Shown here: in pieces, positions 11,180 through 22,600 of the stretch
Numbering within the stretch: the first letter of the stretch is position 1
Layout: the number at the start of each line of letters is the position of its first letter
Origin: Nitrospirota bacterium
GTDB lineage: Bacteria; Nitrospirota; UBA9217
Reading direction: 5' to 3'
DNA length: 64,000 bases
Assembly (NCBI GenBank): GCA_963754875.1
Contig: CAVWHO010000010.1
Coordinates: 192,001 to 256,000, forward strand
Notes under the pieces: generated by a model
Seen by the model: the letters and a program-made list of their open reading frames with translations, nothing else
Told to the model about the DNA's origin: nothing
Database searches by the model: none
Made by a program: the position numbers and the translations under genes

Positions 11180-11308
11180 AGCCTCGGCGTGACCAGCCTT
11201 TACGAGAGTGATCGCGATATCGACGAAATGATAAAGAGGGCGGATGAAGCTTTATACAAGGCAAAGAATGCTGGTCGGGACCGGGTAGAGGGTAACCCAA
11301 GTCGGTAA
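11180..11308 (+). pseudogene. Relic C-terminus of a GGDEF diguanylate cyclase
   Basis: Manual translation SLGVTSLYESDRDIDEMIKRADEALYKAKNAGRDRVEGNPSR*; no GG(D/E)EF motif or start upstream. Confidence 0.8.
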
Positions 11309-11348
11309 GACGGCCAGTTCTTTGCAAAGTGCCTCGCGCACTTCTTTG

Positions 11349-11378
11349 TTGACACTTTGCCCCTGTTTCTGGTAGTAT
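11349..11378 (+). promoter_or_regulatory. sigma70-type promoter for rplI
   Basis: TTGACA-N18-TAGTAT. Confidence 0.5.
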
Positions 11379-11413
11379 CGACAATCATTCACTCGAAAGG
11401 AGCAGTATCGTCA

Positions 11414-11861
11414 ATGCAGGTTATATTACGCGAAGATATCGACAAATTGGGGAAAATAGGCGACCTCGTCAAGGTTGCCGACGGCTATGCACGGAATTTT
11501 CTGGTCCCGAGGAAAAAGGCCATAGAAGCCACGCCAAAAAACCTTCATGCCATGGAGCATGCGAAAAAGATGGTGTCCGACCGCATCCGCAAGATGAAGA
11601 AGGAAGCGGCCGTGGAAGCCGACCGGATCAAGGGCATTGCGGTAACGATCAAAGCCAAGGTCGGTGAAGAAGGGAAAGCTCTTCGGTTCCGTTACGTCCA
11701 TGGACATTGCCGAAGCGGTAAAAGCCCAGGGTGTTGAACTGGACAAACGCAAGATCGTGCTCGACGAACCTATCAAGCGGCTGGGAGAATATACTATTGC
11801 GGTGAAACTGCATGCGGACGTGCAGACAGACCTCAAGGTCACCGTGATCGCCGAAGAGTAA
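11414..11861 (+). CDS. rplI: 50S ribosomal protein L9 (frameshift ~11675)
   Basis: [27 protein letters not shown] and GKLFGSVT motifs. Confidence 0.95.
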
Positions 11862-11876
11862 CCCGCAAAATCCAAC

Positions 11877-11946
11877 CGGATTCAGGAGCCAGGAGTCAGA
11901 AGTCAGAAGATACACGCTGGTTTCGGGCTTCTGGCTTCTTTTTTTG
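11877..11946 (+). repeat. Gene-less inverted heptamer arrays followed by a T-tract (terminator-like)
   Basis: CGGATTC AGGAGCC AGGAGTC AGAAGTC AGAAGAT ... GGCTTCT GGCTTCT TTTTTT. Confidence 0.75.
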
Positions 11947-11971
11947 TTTATGCCGTATTTGAGGTAGAACC

Positions 11972-13424
11972 ATGTCCATGCAGACCGAAGTTTCCCTTCA
12001 AAAACTCCCCCCTCAGAACATCGAAGCCGAACAGATGGTCCTCGGCGCCGTTCTGATCGAAAACGATTCCATCAATAAAGTCATAGAAACGCTGTCTGCC
12101 GAGGATTTCTACAAAGACACGCACCGCAGGATCTATTCCGTCATGCTCGACATGTTCGAGACCGGTGAGGCAATCGACCTGGTGACCCTGACCGATGCGC
12201 TTCGCGGAAAGGTCGGACTTGATGCGGTGGGAGGGGCATCGTACCTTGCCTACCTCGTCAGCCTCGTACCTACTGCTGCGAACATCAAGAACCACGCCAG
12301 GATCGTGCGCGAGAAATCGGTCCTGCGCCAGCTTATCCACTCATCGACGGACATCATCACCCAAAGCTACGAGGACACGAGGTCCGTCAACAGCATCGAT
12401 GAACTGCTCGACCGGGCCGAGGAATCGATCTTTAAAATATCGCAGCAAAAGATGCGGGACACGTTTGTCGCAGTGAAGGACATCGTCAAGAGCAGCTTCG
12501 AGACCATTGAGCGGCTTTACGAACGCAAGGAAATGATGACCGGCCTTCCTACGGGTTTCCTTGACCTCGATAAGATGACCTCCGGCCTTCAGCCGAGCGA
12601 CCTCATCATCGTGGCAGGCAGGCCGTCCATGGGGAAGACGGCGTTCGCGTTAAACATCGCAGCCCACGCGGCGATGGACCATCACAAATCCGTTGCCGTC
12701 TTCAGCCTGGAAATGTCCAAGGAACAGCTGGTTCTCCGCATGCTTTGCTCCGAGGCGCGCGTGGACGCCCACAAGCTGCGCTCGGGCTTCCTGTCCGAAT
12801 CGGACTGGCCAAAACTGACCATGGCCGCGGGACGGCTGTCCGATGCGCCTATCTTCATAGATGATACCGCTGCAATCTCGGTGCTTGAAATGCGCGCCAA
12901 GGCGAGACGGCTCCAGGCGGATCACGGACTCGATCTCATCATCGTTGATTATCTGCAGCTCATGCGCGGCCGCAGCGATTCCGACAACCGCGAGCAGGAA
13001 ATATCGAACATCTCCGCGTTCGCTCAAGGCGCTTGCCAAGGAACTCAAAGTCCCGGTAATAGCGCTCTCCCAGCTCAACCGCGCCGTGGAAACGAGAGGC
13101 AAGGACAAACGGCCGATGCTTGCCGATCTTCGCGAATCCGGCGCAATCGAGCAGGATGCGGACGTGATCATGTTCATCTACCGCGACGAGGTGTACAATA
13201 AATGTGAGTGCCCTTACGACGGCGAATGCCTCTGCGGCAGGCGGGGTGTTGCCGAGGCGATCATCGGAAAGCAGAGAAACGGTCCGGTCGGTATCGTGAA
13301 CATGACGTTTATGCACAAATATACGCGCTTCGAAAACTCTGATAAAGCGGAGCTATTAGCGCTTGCACTGCCGACAAGTGGACATTATCAGACGCTATGC
13401 CGTCATAGAAAATTACGAACTTGA
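11972..13424 (+). CDS. dnaB: Replicative DNA helicase (frameshift ~13018; true 3' end uncertain, may be ~13359)
   Basis: [49 protein letters not shown] motifs. Confidence 0.95.
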
Positions 13425-13439
13425 CCAGGGAGGTAACCA

Positions 13440-14223
13440 GTGGCTTCTGAAAAAGCGGCAATTGCTGACAAAGTGCAAAAATTCCTCGGCAAATCGGACT
13501 GGAAATCAGCCATTGCAGAGATGGAGAAGCTCTTTGCCATTGACCAGGACCCCATCATCCGGGTGAGAATCGGTGACGCGTACCAAAAGCTGAACCAGAA
13601 AGTCAGACGCGGTGAAGGAATATATCGGGGCCGCAGACCTCTACGCAGAGAAAGGGTTCGTGGTCAAGGCCCTGGCACAATACAAACTGGCACTCCGGCT
13701 TGATCCGGCGAACAAACAGGCGCAGGCCCAGATGGAACTGCTCCATTCCAACAAAACGGTCTCCGAACTCAAGCTCGAACCGATCGAAGACGGAGCGGAG
13801 GTGTCGACGCGGAGCGTTATTCCGCTCTTCTCCGATTTTACGCAGGACGAATTCAACGAATTCACCAAACGGATGATCATCCATACTCTGCCGCCCGGCA
13901 AGCCCATTATTAAAGAGGGCGATACAGGCAGCTCGGTCTTCATCCTGACCCGGGGCGCCGTTCGCGTGTATGCGACCGTCACGGGAAAGAAAGTCGAACT
14001 CGCCACGCTCCACTCCAGCGATTTCTTCGGCGAAATAGCATTTCTCACCGGCAGGCCCAGGACAGCCACCGTTGAAACAACTGAGGAGACCGACGTGCTC
14101 GAGATCGCCGAAGAGGACCTTAACGAGATGATCAACAAGAGTCCCCGTATCCGCGAAGTTCTGCACAATTACCACGAGACGAGGGCCAAGAGCACACTGG
14201 AAAAAGTACGAGAGGCGATTTAA
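13440..14223 (+). CDS. TPR + cyclic-nucleotide-binding domain protein (frameshift ~13605)
   Basis: TPR-like RVRIGDAYQKL..AADLY..KALAQYK followed by CNB motif FFGEIAFLTGRPRTATV. Confidence 0.85.
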
Positions 14224-14271
14224 CGCGGAGTACCTTCCTATTTCTCTGCTCAAGAACGGAGACCCGTCCAC

Positions 14272-16027
14272 ATGGCATCCGAAAAAGCGCAGTTGATCGA
14301 TACGATTCAAAAAAATCTGGGCAAGTCCAACTGGAAAGCCGCCATTGCCGATATGGAGAAGCTGTTCGATCTTGACTCCGGATCCTATTATCCGGGTCAG
14401 GATCGGAGATGCGTATCAGAAGCTGAACCAGGTGCTCGAGGCCGTGCGCGAGTATGTTTATGCAGCAGACCTCTATGCGATCAAAGGTGTGATCGTCAAG
14501 GCGCTTGCCCAGTACAAACTTGCGCTCCGGTTGGACCCCAAGAACAAGCAGGCTCAGGACAAGATGTCGTCGCTGCATTCGAATAGGGCGATGACGGAAA
14601 AGAAGCCGGAGACGACTGAAGAGGGCGTCCAGAAGCCCGTCCGGAGCGTCATTCCGCTGTTCGCGGGATTTACCCAGGAGGAATTCGAAGACTTCACTAA
14701 AATGATGGCCGTTCATACCCTGCAGCAGGGCCACATCATCGTGAAGCAGGGTGACACGGGCAAGTCCGTCTATATCGTTGCGAGCGGCACTGTCAAAGGT
14801 CCATACTGTGGTGCCGAACGGCGAACGGCTGGATCTGGCCGTGCTCTACCCCAATGAGTTCTTCGGCGAAATGTCCTTTCTGACCGGCAAATCAAGGACT
14901 GCCACGGTCGAAACAGCGGAAGAAGCCGTCATTCTGGAAGTGACCGAGGACCAGCTTCGCGACCTGATCAATCGCAGGCCGCGGGTCCTGCAGGTGCTGC
15001 AGCAGTATTCCGATGCCCGCGAAAAGGGAACGAGCAAGAAGATGCAGTCAACACAGAAACCTGCAGAGCAGCCGGCTGCGTACCCCGGGAACAGCGCAAA
15101 CATCCAGGGAAAACACTGGAGGCGGCCGCACCGGTTTCTCCAGAGAAAGCGCTGCCTACGCAAAAGCCCCTTGATACCCCGGCGCCGGCTATTGCTCAAC
15201 CAGCGTACAAAGGCCCGGCAATCAGTCCTTCGGACAAGCCGAAACTCATCGATGCGATCCAGAAATTAGTAAGCAAATCGGACTGGAAGTCAGTCATCAC
15301 GGAGATGGAAAAACTGTATACCATTGATCCCGATCCGATCATCCGAGTCCGCATCGGCGATGCATACCAGAAACTGAACCAAAAGCCCAGTGCGGTGCGT
15401 GAATATATGACGGCAGCGGACCTGTATGCGGACAAAGGGGCCGTGGTCAAGGCCCTTGCCCAGTATAAGCTGGCCTTGCGCGTCGAGCCGGGAAATAAAC
15501 AAGCGGAAGAACGGATCGCAGCGCTCCATTCGAACAGGACGGTGAAGGAAAACCGTGGAGAGCCCGTTGAGAAGGAAACCGTAGAGAAGGAAGCCCCAAA
15601 ACGCGCGAGCAGTGTTATCCCGCTCTTTGCCGGCTTCTCGCAGGAGGAATTCAACGATTTCACGAAGGTGATGAACGTCCACCCGCTTCCGGGAGGCATG
15701 CCGATCGTCGAACAAAATGACCAGGGGAAATCGGTCTATTTAATCGCAAGCGGATCAGTCAATGTCTTTACGATGCTGCTCTCCGGAGAACGAGTGGACC
15801 TTGCCGTGCTCCGGTCAGGCGATTTTTTCGGAGAAATGTCCTTTCTTACCGGAAAACCCCGGACGGCCACGGTCGAGACGGCAGAAGACGCTGTTCTTCT
15901 GGAAATCACGGAAGACAAACTCCGCGAAATCACTTCCCAGCGGCCCCATATCCTCAGCGTGCTGCAGCAATTTTCCGACATGCGGTCAAAAGGTACGACC
16001 GAGAAAATTCTCGGTTCGAACAAGTAA
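14272..16027 (+). CDS. Tandem (TPR+cNMP-binding)x2 protein with Pro/Ala-rich linker (several frameshifts)
   Basis: Two copies of the same module; the second continues upstream in frame as PVSPEKALPTQKPLDTPAPAIAQP...KPKLIDAIQK without its own start. Confidence 0.75.
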
Positions 16028-16059
16028 TCCATCCCGTTAGCGATACCTCGGAGGTCCCC

Positions 16060-16932
16060 ATGCTTCGTTCACCGGCAGTCGCAGGGCACTTCTATAAAGC
16101 CTCCCCGGAAGCTCTCAGAAAACAGGTCGAAGGCTTCCTCATATCGGGAGCAATAAAAAGGAGAGCCATCGGCATCGTTGTTCCCCACGCCGGATTGATC
16201 TATTCCGGGGCAGTAGCAGGTGCGGTGTATTCTTCCATAGAGATCCCGGATACGCTTGTCCTCATCGGACCCAACCATACCGGCCTCGGTGCGGCCGTTT
16301 CCCTCATGGCCAAGGGCAGCTGGGAAACGCCGCTCGGCACCGTGGAAATAGACGAAGCATTGGCCGCTTCCATCCTCTCGCAATCGCGCCTCATTCATGA
16401 AGACGCGCTTGCCCATCTCCAGGAACATTCCCTCGAAGTACAGCTGCCGTTCATCCAATATTTCAAAAAAAAGTTCAAAATTGTCCCGATCCAGATGCTC
16501 GACACCCGGCTTGAAACCTGTCTAGAGGTGGGCAGGGCGGTGGCAGAAGCTATTAAAAAACGCAAAGAGCAGGGGGAAAAAGGCAAGCTTAAAACTGAGG
16601 ATGAATCGGCAATCGGCAATCCGAAATCCGAAATTCAAGACGTTCTTATCGTGGCAAGCTCGGATATGACTCATTACGAACCGGCGGCCAAGGCAAAGGA
16701 AAAAGATTCAAAAGCCATCCATTCCATCCTTAACCTTGACCCCGAGGGCCTGTACCGCGTGGTCCGAGATTATGAGATCACGATGTGCGGCTACGGTCCG
16801 ACGGTTGCCATGCTGGAAGCCGGTAAAATCCTCGGGGCCTCCAAAGCAGAACTGATCAAGTACTCCAACTCCGGAGAGACGAGCGGAGATTACGACAAGG
16901 TCGTAGGGTATGCAGGAATCGTAGTTATGTAA
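16060..16932 (+). CDS. amrB: AmmeMemoRadiSam system protein B (MEMO1 family)
   Basis: PAVAGHFY, PHAGLIYSG, GPNH, EHSLEVQLPF, SSDMTH, MCG, VVGYAG motifs. Confidence 0.93.
   Translation: MLRSPAVAGHFYKASPEALRKQVEGFLISGAIKRRAIGIVVPHAGLIYSGAVAGAVYSSIEIPDTLVLIGPNHTGLGAAVSLMAKGSWETPLGTVEIDEALAASILSQSRLIHEDALAHLQEHSLEVQLPFIQYFKKKFKIVPIQMLDTRLETCLEVGRAVAEAIKKRKEQGEKGKLKTEDESAIGNPKSEIQDVLIVASSDMTHYEPAAKAKEKDSKAIHSILNLDPEGLYRVVRDYEITMCGYGPTVAMLEAGKILGASKAELIKYSNSGETSGDYDKVVGYAGIVVM
16604..16638 (+). repeat. In-frame heptamer array inside amrB
   Basis: AATCGGC AATCGGC AATCCGA AATCCGA AATTCAA, read as SAIGNPKSEIQ. Confidence 0.8.
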
Positions 16933-17013
16933 TACATTACCTACCTAAGGAAGTACTGAGAATTATCTTATCCTCTCCTCCCGCGTAACCTGCTAATAAA
17001 TAAAACATTTAGA

Positions 17014-17030
17014 TTGGTATCTGTATTGCA
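17014..17030 (+). promoter_or_regulatory. sigma54 (-24/-12) promoter of the minor pilin operon
   Basis: TTGGTATCTGTATTGCA with GG-N10-GC spacing, AT-rich upstream. Confidence 0.7.
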
Positions 17031-17097
17031 AGAGAATGTGTGGGCAAGTAAAGAACTATGGTAGAGTCAATCATTCTCATTGAAAAGGGGCTGAACC

Positions 17098-17541
17098 ATG
17101 GCTGCGGATACACGGGATAACAATAACAAACAAAGCGGTTTTACCCTTATAGAATTACTCATAGCAATTGTGATTCTCGCAATAGGATTATCTGCTGCAG
17201 CCGCAATGCAGGCCGTTGCGCTGAATTCCAATTCCGTGGCCAACAGAATATCGGTTAACAGTTTTCTCGCTCAACAAGTCGCAGAAGAGATCAGTTCGCG
17301 CAATATATCTGATCCGATCCTGAACTCCGACTCAGGGGGCTGGAAGACCTATCAGTTTGCCGACTGGTCGACAGGCGCTCCACAGCTGGTAAGCAGCTTG
17401 AGCATCACCGGTGCAGGTAAATTAACAGCATCCTATAAAATACAAGCGAATACATTTAATGGCGCATTCTTATTAGGGATGACCGAAATACAAGTGACGG
17501 TGGGAAATACCACCTACACGACATACAAGATGGTGCTCTAG
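17098..17541 (+). CDS. pilV: Type IV minor pilin, PilV-like
   Basis: Prepilin cleavage motif G|FTLIELLIA; first gene of a V-W-X-Y1 order. Confidence 0.75.
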   Translation: MAADTRDNNNKQSGFTLIELLIAIVILAIGLSAAAAMQAVALNSNSVANRISVNSFLAQQVAEEISSRNISDPILNSDSGGWKTYQFADWSTGAPQLVSSLSITGAGKLTASYKIQANTFNGAFLLGMTEIQVTVGNTTYTTYKMVL

Positions 17542-18444
17542 ATGAAAAAACAGACTGTTCATGGCGAACGCGGATTTACATTGATTGAACTGCTGATGGT
17601 TGCAGCCATGCTCGGCATCGTGCTGGGGGCCATGTATTCTCTCTTCATTTCTCATCAGCGGACAGCACATGTTTCGGACGAAACAGTGGAAGTGCAGCAG
17701 AACCTTCGAATTGCGATGGACAGCATATCCAGGGATATCAGGATTGCCGGTTTACTTCTCCCGGGAGGCAATACGCCGATCAGCAGTATCGGGTCTTCGA
17801 TGACGATTACCCTCAGTTCGGGGTGTCCCTCGGGGATTATCACGAGAATAACACCATCCCCGTCGCCGCAAACAGGAGCTGCGTCGTCGAATACGTTCCC
17901 TGTTGACAATGACGGTTCAGCGAGTGCATTCAGCAATCAAGATTACGTAAGAATCATCCGCCCCGTTGACAAGACCGAGCCGGGAGGGACAGACATAATT
18001 TATCAAGTTGCAGGGACTCCAGGCGCCTCAATCACCCTTAACAGGGTAAGCGGTGGTAGTCCGCTTGGTGTCAGTTTTAACTCGGGGGATGTCATCTGCA
18101 AACTTACTTCTTCAACAGCTCCAGCGCCTCCTAATACTATCCAATATTTTCTAGGGAACGGCGGAACCTGTCCGTCGGGTCAGCAGTGTTTGGTGAGGAT
18201 TGATGAAACCAACACCACAAATGTGGTCGCTCAAAACATGGCGAACAATGGTCTTCAATTCCAATACCTCCTGGATGGATATCCGCTCCCGAATGAAACA
18301 AATGCGCCGACAGTTACTAATCTTAAACTGATACGTGCTGTTCGGGTAACAATTACCGGCCAGACGGCACAGACGGTCGCCCTTTCCGGCAATGTACCAA
18401 AACAAAGGCAAATGGAATCGATTATCCAGATCAGGAACCGCTAG
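17542..18444 (+). CDS. pilW: Type IV minor pilin, PilW-like
   Basis: G|FTLIEL; QQNLRIAMDSISRDIRIAG; C-terminal IRAVRVTI..IQIRN. Confidence 0.85.
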   Translation: MKKQTVHGERGFTLIELLMVAAMLGIVLGAMYSLFISHQRTAHVSDETVEVQQNLRIAMDSISRDIRIAGLLLPGGNTPISSIGSSMTITLSSGCPSGIITRITPSPSPQTGAASSNTFPVDNDGSASAFSNQDYVRIIRPVDKTEPGGTDIIYQVAGTPGASITLNRVSGGSPLGVSFNSGDVICKLTSSTAPAPPNTIQYFLGNGGTCPSGQQCLVRIDETNTTNVVAQNMANNGLQFQYLLDGYPLPNETNAPTVTNLKLIRAVRVTITGQTAQTVALSGNVPKQRQMESIIQIRNR

Positions 18445-18520
18445 CGGCATAACGGGAAGCCCACAGTGAAGCGATGAAGAGTTTAAAAAAAATATTTGAA
18501 AACGGAAGGAAGCTCATCCG

Positions 18521-19000
18521 ATGATCATGCGGAATGAACGCGGCATAGCTTTGATTATGGCCCTTGTGCTGCTTGCACTATTAACCATGTTGGGAGTATG
18601 GGCGCTGGATACGTCTTCAACGGACCTGAAAATCGCCGGTAATTACAAGAATGCGGAAACGGCTTTCTCCATGGCGGACACGGGAGCGACATATGCAACG
18701 AACCCGGCGAACCTTACAACGGCCTGTTTGACGATATCGGCATGTACCAATTCTACGGGTTCTACCACCAGTTGGCCCTCCCCCTTGATTTCTTTGAGCA
18801 GTACCAATACGGCCACAGTGAGGGTGGAATATCTGAATAAAGGCCCGCTGCCGGCCGGATCAATATATGATGCCGATATGGATGCGAACGGCAAGCCAAA
18901 ATTCAGCGGGGTCTATTTTACGGTAACCGCTTATGGAAATGGGCCGAATAACGCCAAGTCACAGATTGAGACGAACGTTGTCCAGGTGGTCAGCAATTAA
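18521..19000 (+). CDS. pilX: Type IV minor pilin, PilX-like
   Basis: ERG|IALIMALVLL lacking Glu5; IAGNYK..AF..A pattern. Confidence 0.85.
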   Translation: MIMRNERGIALIMALVLLALLTMLGVWALDTSSTDLKIAGNYKNAETAFSMADTGATYATNPANLTTACLTISACTNSTGSTTSWPSPLISLSSTNTATVRVEYLNKGPLPAGSIYDADMDANGKPKFSGVYFTVTAYGNGPNNAKSQIETNVVQVVSN

Positions 19001-19077
19001 TAATTGGCCGGTGAGAATGGCTCACTGAAATTGAGCGGGCTGCAATCAATGAACAGAGAAAAGCGTGGAGGTTTTTT

Positions 19078-19452
19078 ATGAAAAATTACTCATTGGTACT
19101 TGTCGCGATGTTCGTTCTTGCGTTTTCCCCCGGGAGTAGCATTGCGCAGCAGAATAATCAGGCGGTAATTGGGAGCCGCTACAACCCGCAGGTCCAATAT
19201 CCGGGAGAAAATAAAACGAACCTGCTTTTTTTTAGATATACGAAAAACGATGCCTGGCGGCGCTTGCTGCATATGGATCGCCTGCGTTATGTATCCTGTC
19301 AGGACGCATTGAATCATCTGAACAGCGAAGGCAAATGGCAAGGGAGTCTGAATCCAAACGGCTCATGCGGAAGGAACAGTGTGGAATCACCGGAGTGGAT
19401 CACTGGCAACCGGCTGAATTATGATGAGTCAACCGGGCAAACTGAGAATTAG
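19078..19452 (+). CDS. Small secreted protein resembling the PilY1 N-terminal variable insert
   Basis: Signal peptide, SD GGAGG, two Cys, C-terminal GNRLNY. Confidence 0.7.
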   Translation: MKNYSLVLVAMFVLAFSPGSSIAQQNNQAVIGSRYNPQVQYPGENKTNLLFFRYTKNDAWRRLLHMDRLRYVSCQDALNHLNSEGKWQGSLNPNGSCGRNSVESPEWITGNRLNYDESTGQTEN

Positions 19453-19626
19453 TGCCAAAGAGCTTTTAAGAGATAAGAAAAGAACATTTTAAAGCATCGA
19501 TTTTTTTACCGGTTATTGGCCGGGCTTTTCTTTTGTCGAAGAGGGGGCTGCAGGAAGTCAAAAAGAAATGTCGAGGGACACACGGGAGAAACCACCTAAA
19601 CACTCCCCATTGTGAAAGGAACCGAT

Positions 19627-22600
19627 ATGAGTAAATTAGCCACTTCCATGCTACTTTGCGTTGCACTCGTTGCAATAGTATTACCGACCGCGGTAATGGC
19701 CGGCCCGGATTTATACTCGGGAGACACCAGAATTTATGGCGGTTCACCGGTCGTACTTCAGCCGAACGTTCTCGTCATCATAGACGATTCGGGCAGTATG
19801 GCCACTTCGATCCCAGGTGGCGGTGGCACCCTTTACGACAATGCAGTTACCTATGGAACAACTTATAACTGCACGGACAGTACCGGGCTCGATGGAAGCT
19901 CATGCGATGCCAATACTGTCTATGATAAAAATTATAATTATCTCACAAGCCCGGTGACCAGCCTCCCCACTTGTACTTTTTCTGTCAATTCTTCGAACGA
20001 TACGGTCATAAACTATAGCAGCCTGCTGCAGCAGTATGGAACCATGGCACAACCGAAACTTAACTTTACTAGCGGCGTCGCAAGCTGTTGTTATCAGAGC
20101 AAAAAAATATGCACAGGCGGTTATAGTCATGGCAGTTGCCTCGGTTACACAACATATGCAAATGGTAAATGTAGCAGTGCGACGTATGAACTCGGGAACT
20201 ATATAAACTGGCTCTATGACGTGTCGGGCTCAAGCATGTCAAAAATCAACATTGCCAAATCTGTGATGTCCTCACTTGTGCAGTCGACCTCAGGAGTGAG
20301 GTTCGGGCTCATGACGTACTATTACTCCGGGAGCAACGGCCAAGGCGCAACGTTCCTGAACGCAGTGCCTGTGTCGGGGTTGCCGGATTATACTTCGACG
20401 GTTAAAAGTATGGACGATATTTTCAGCGGCACGGTAACGAATCGTGAAGCACTGGCTGATACCATTCAATCACTGACTGCCCTTGACGATACACCGCTTG
20501 GGGAGGCGCTTTTTGAGGCCTTGCGATATTATCAGGGTGGCCAACCAGCATTCGGCGCTACGATTGGGACAACGGTTTCAACCGGCGGGACCGGGACGGG
20601 CTATATATCACCTATTCAATATGGTTGCCAAAAAAACTATGTCATTCTTGTGACTGATGGTTTGTCGAATGCCGACGATAGCTCTCCCTTGAATTTGATA
20701 ACGACGACATATGGTTCTAATCATTGGGATGGCCGCTTCTGTACCGGCTATGGAAATCCTCTTTATACTACATGTGATGGGACCAATGAATACCACTCAA
20801 TAGCAGGCGTTGCGAGATATCTGTATGAACATGATCTAAGCTCCGATATAAGCGGAACTCAAAATGTGACCACCTTTACCGTTGGGTTTGGCGACGTCGG
20901 TGCAACTACTGAAGCGTATGACCTTTTGAGATTGGCTGCAGATAACAACCATGGCCGCGGCCACTACTATGCCGCAACGAGCGCGCAAGGATTGGCCAAG
21001 GCATTAACCAGCATCATAGGCCAGATTTTTAGCGTGAATACTTCCTTTGTTGCGCCCGTGGTCCCGGTGAGCCCGGAAAACAAGACCTATGCGGGGTCCC
21101 GGGTATATATGGGTTTTTTCAGGCCGGAGACTGCAGCCGTATGGAGCGGCAACTTGAAAAAGTTTGGTCTCGGTGTGTATACCAGTCCGACGACCAGCAT
21201 TGTGCTTGACTCGTCGGCCGTCTATGATGTGGACGGAAATCTCGCGACTTACGTAGACAACAATAATGACGGATTAGATGACCGGGACGGAGCAACGCTG
21301 CCTGTTGAAACGCAAAATGGAGGGTTCCGATCCGGCGCTAAATCTTATTGGAGCACTTTGGCAGACGGGGGTGATGTCGAAACCGGCGGAGTGGGAGCTC
21401 TTCTGCTGTCCAGGGATTATTCCATCACTTGTCCATCCTGCGACATCACCGGCACGCAGCCGCGTAATATCTACACCTATCTGGGTACCAACACGGACTT
21501 GACTCAATCGGTCAATGCCTTCAGCACAACAAATACCAATTTGACAGCTTCGGTTTTGGGGTTGCCGGGAGCTGTTATATTGTCAGCAACAACCTCAGAC
21601 GTGAAGACGCTCATTAATTACGTATCAGGATTCGATACCTATGATGACAATTTGAACCTGAATTTTACGGAAAAGAGGTCTTGGGTTCTCGGGGACATCC
21701 TCCATTCCAAACCCTTAATACTCAATTACACAACATTTGATTATGTGGCTAATCCGACGAGCGAAACAAACTGCTCCGTCAACAAAAGCGTAATTTACGC
21801 GGGGGCCAATGACGGGATGCTGCATGCTTTCAAAGACTGTGACGGCACCGAAGCCTGGGCGTTCATACCGTCGGATGTCCTGCCCACTCTCCAGTACCTT
21901 CATGGCAATGCACATGCCTATTTTGTTGACAGCACCGTGACGTCGTATATCTATCAGACAGATCCAAATGCAGCGAGCATAAGTGCGGCCGCAGGCGACA
22001 GGGTGGTTCTTGTAGTCGGCCTGAGAAGGGGTGGTGGTCTCGACAGTGAGCCGACAGCGGGGTACTACTACGCCCTTGATGTGACTGACCCGACGACTCC
22101 CAAATTTCTGTGGAGCATTAGCAATAGTACGAGATGGTCAGGAACCACTAAAACGACAACAACGGATTTCAGCAACATGGGGGAAGCGTGGAGCGAACCG
22201 AAGATCGTTAAAATTAAAGTCGGCTCGCTGGACAAGATCGCGGTCTTTATCGGCGGCGGGTATGACAACTGTAATGAAGATGCGCGATTCGGCGCGACCC
22301 AGACGTTCAGCGGTTCCTGCGTCGGAGCTGTCACGACCCCAGACAGCGGACTGGATGGAAGCGGAAATCCGATGACCAGCGCGGGGTCGACAACGGTTTC
22401 GAGTTTTACCTCGTCGTTATACAAAGGGAGGGCAATTTACGCGGTGGAATTGGCGACTCTGAATTCCGCCGGCGTTCCCAATTTGGGCAATGGAGGAGGG
22501 AAGATATGGGGCTATACTGTTGCGGATTCTCCGCTGCTTTATTCAATGGTCAGCGAGCTGACAGCCATAGATTCTAATTTTGACGGCTACGTGGACCGGC

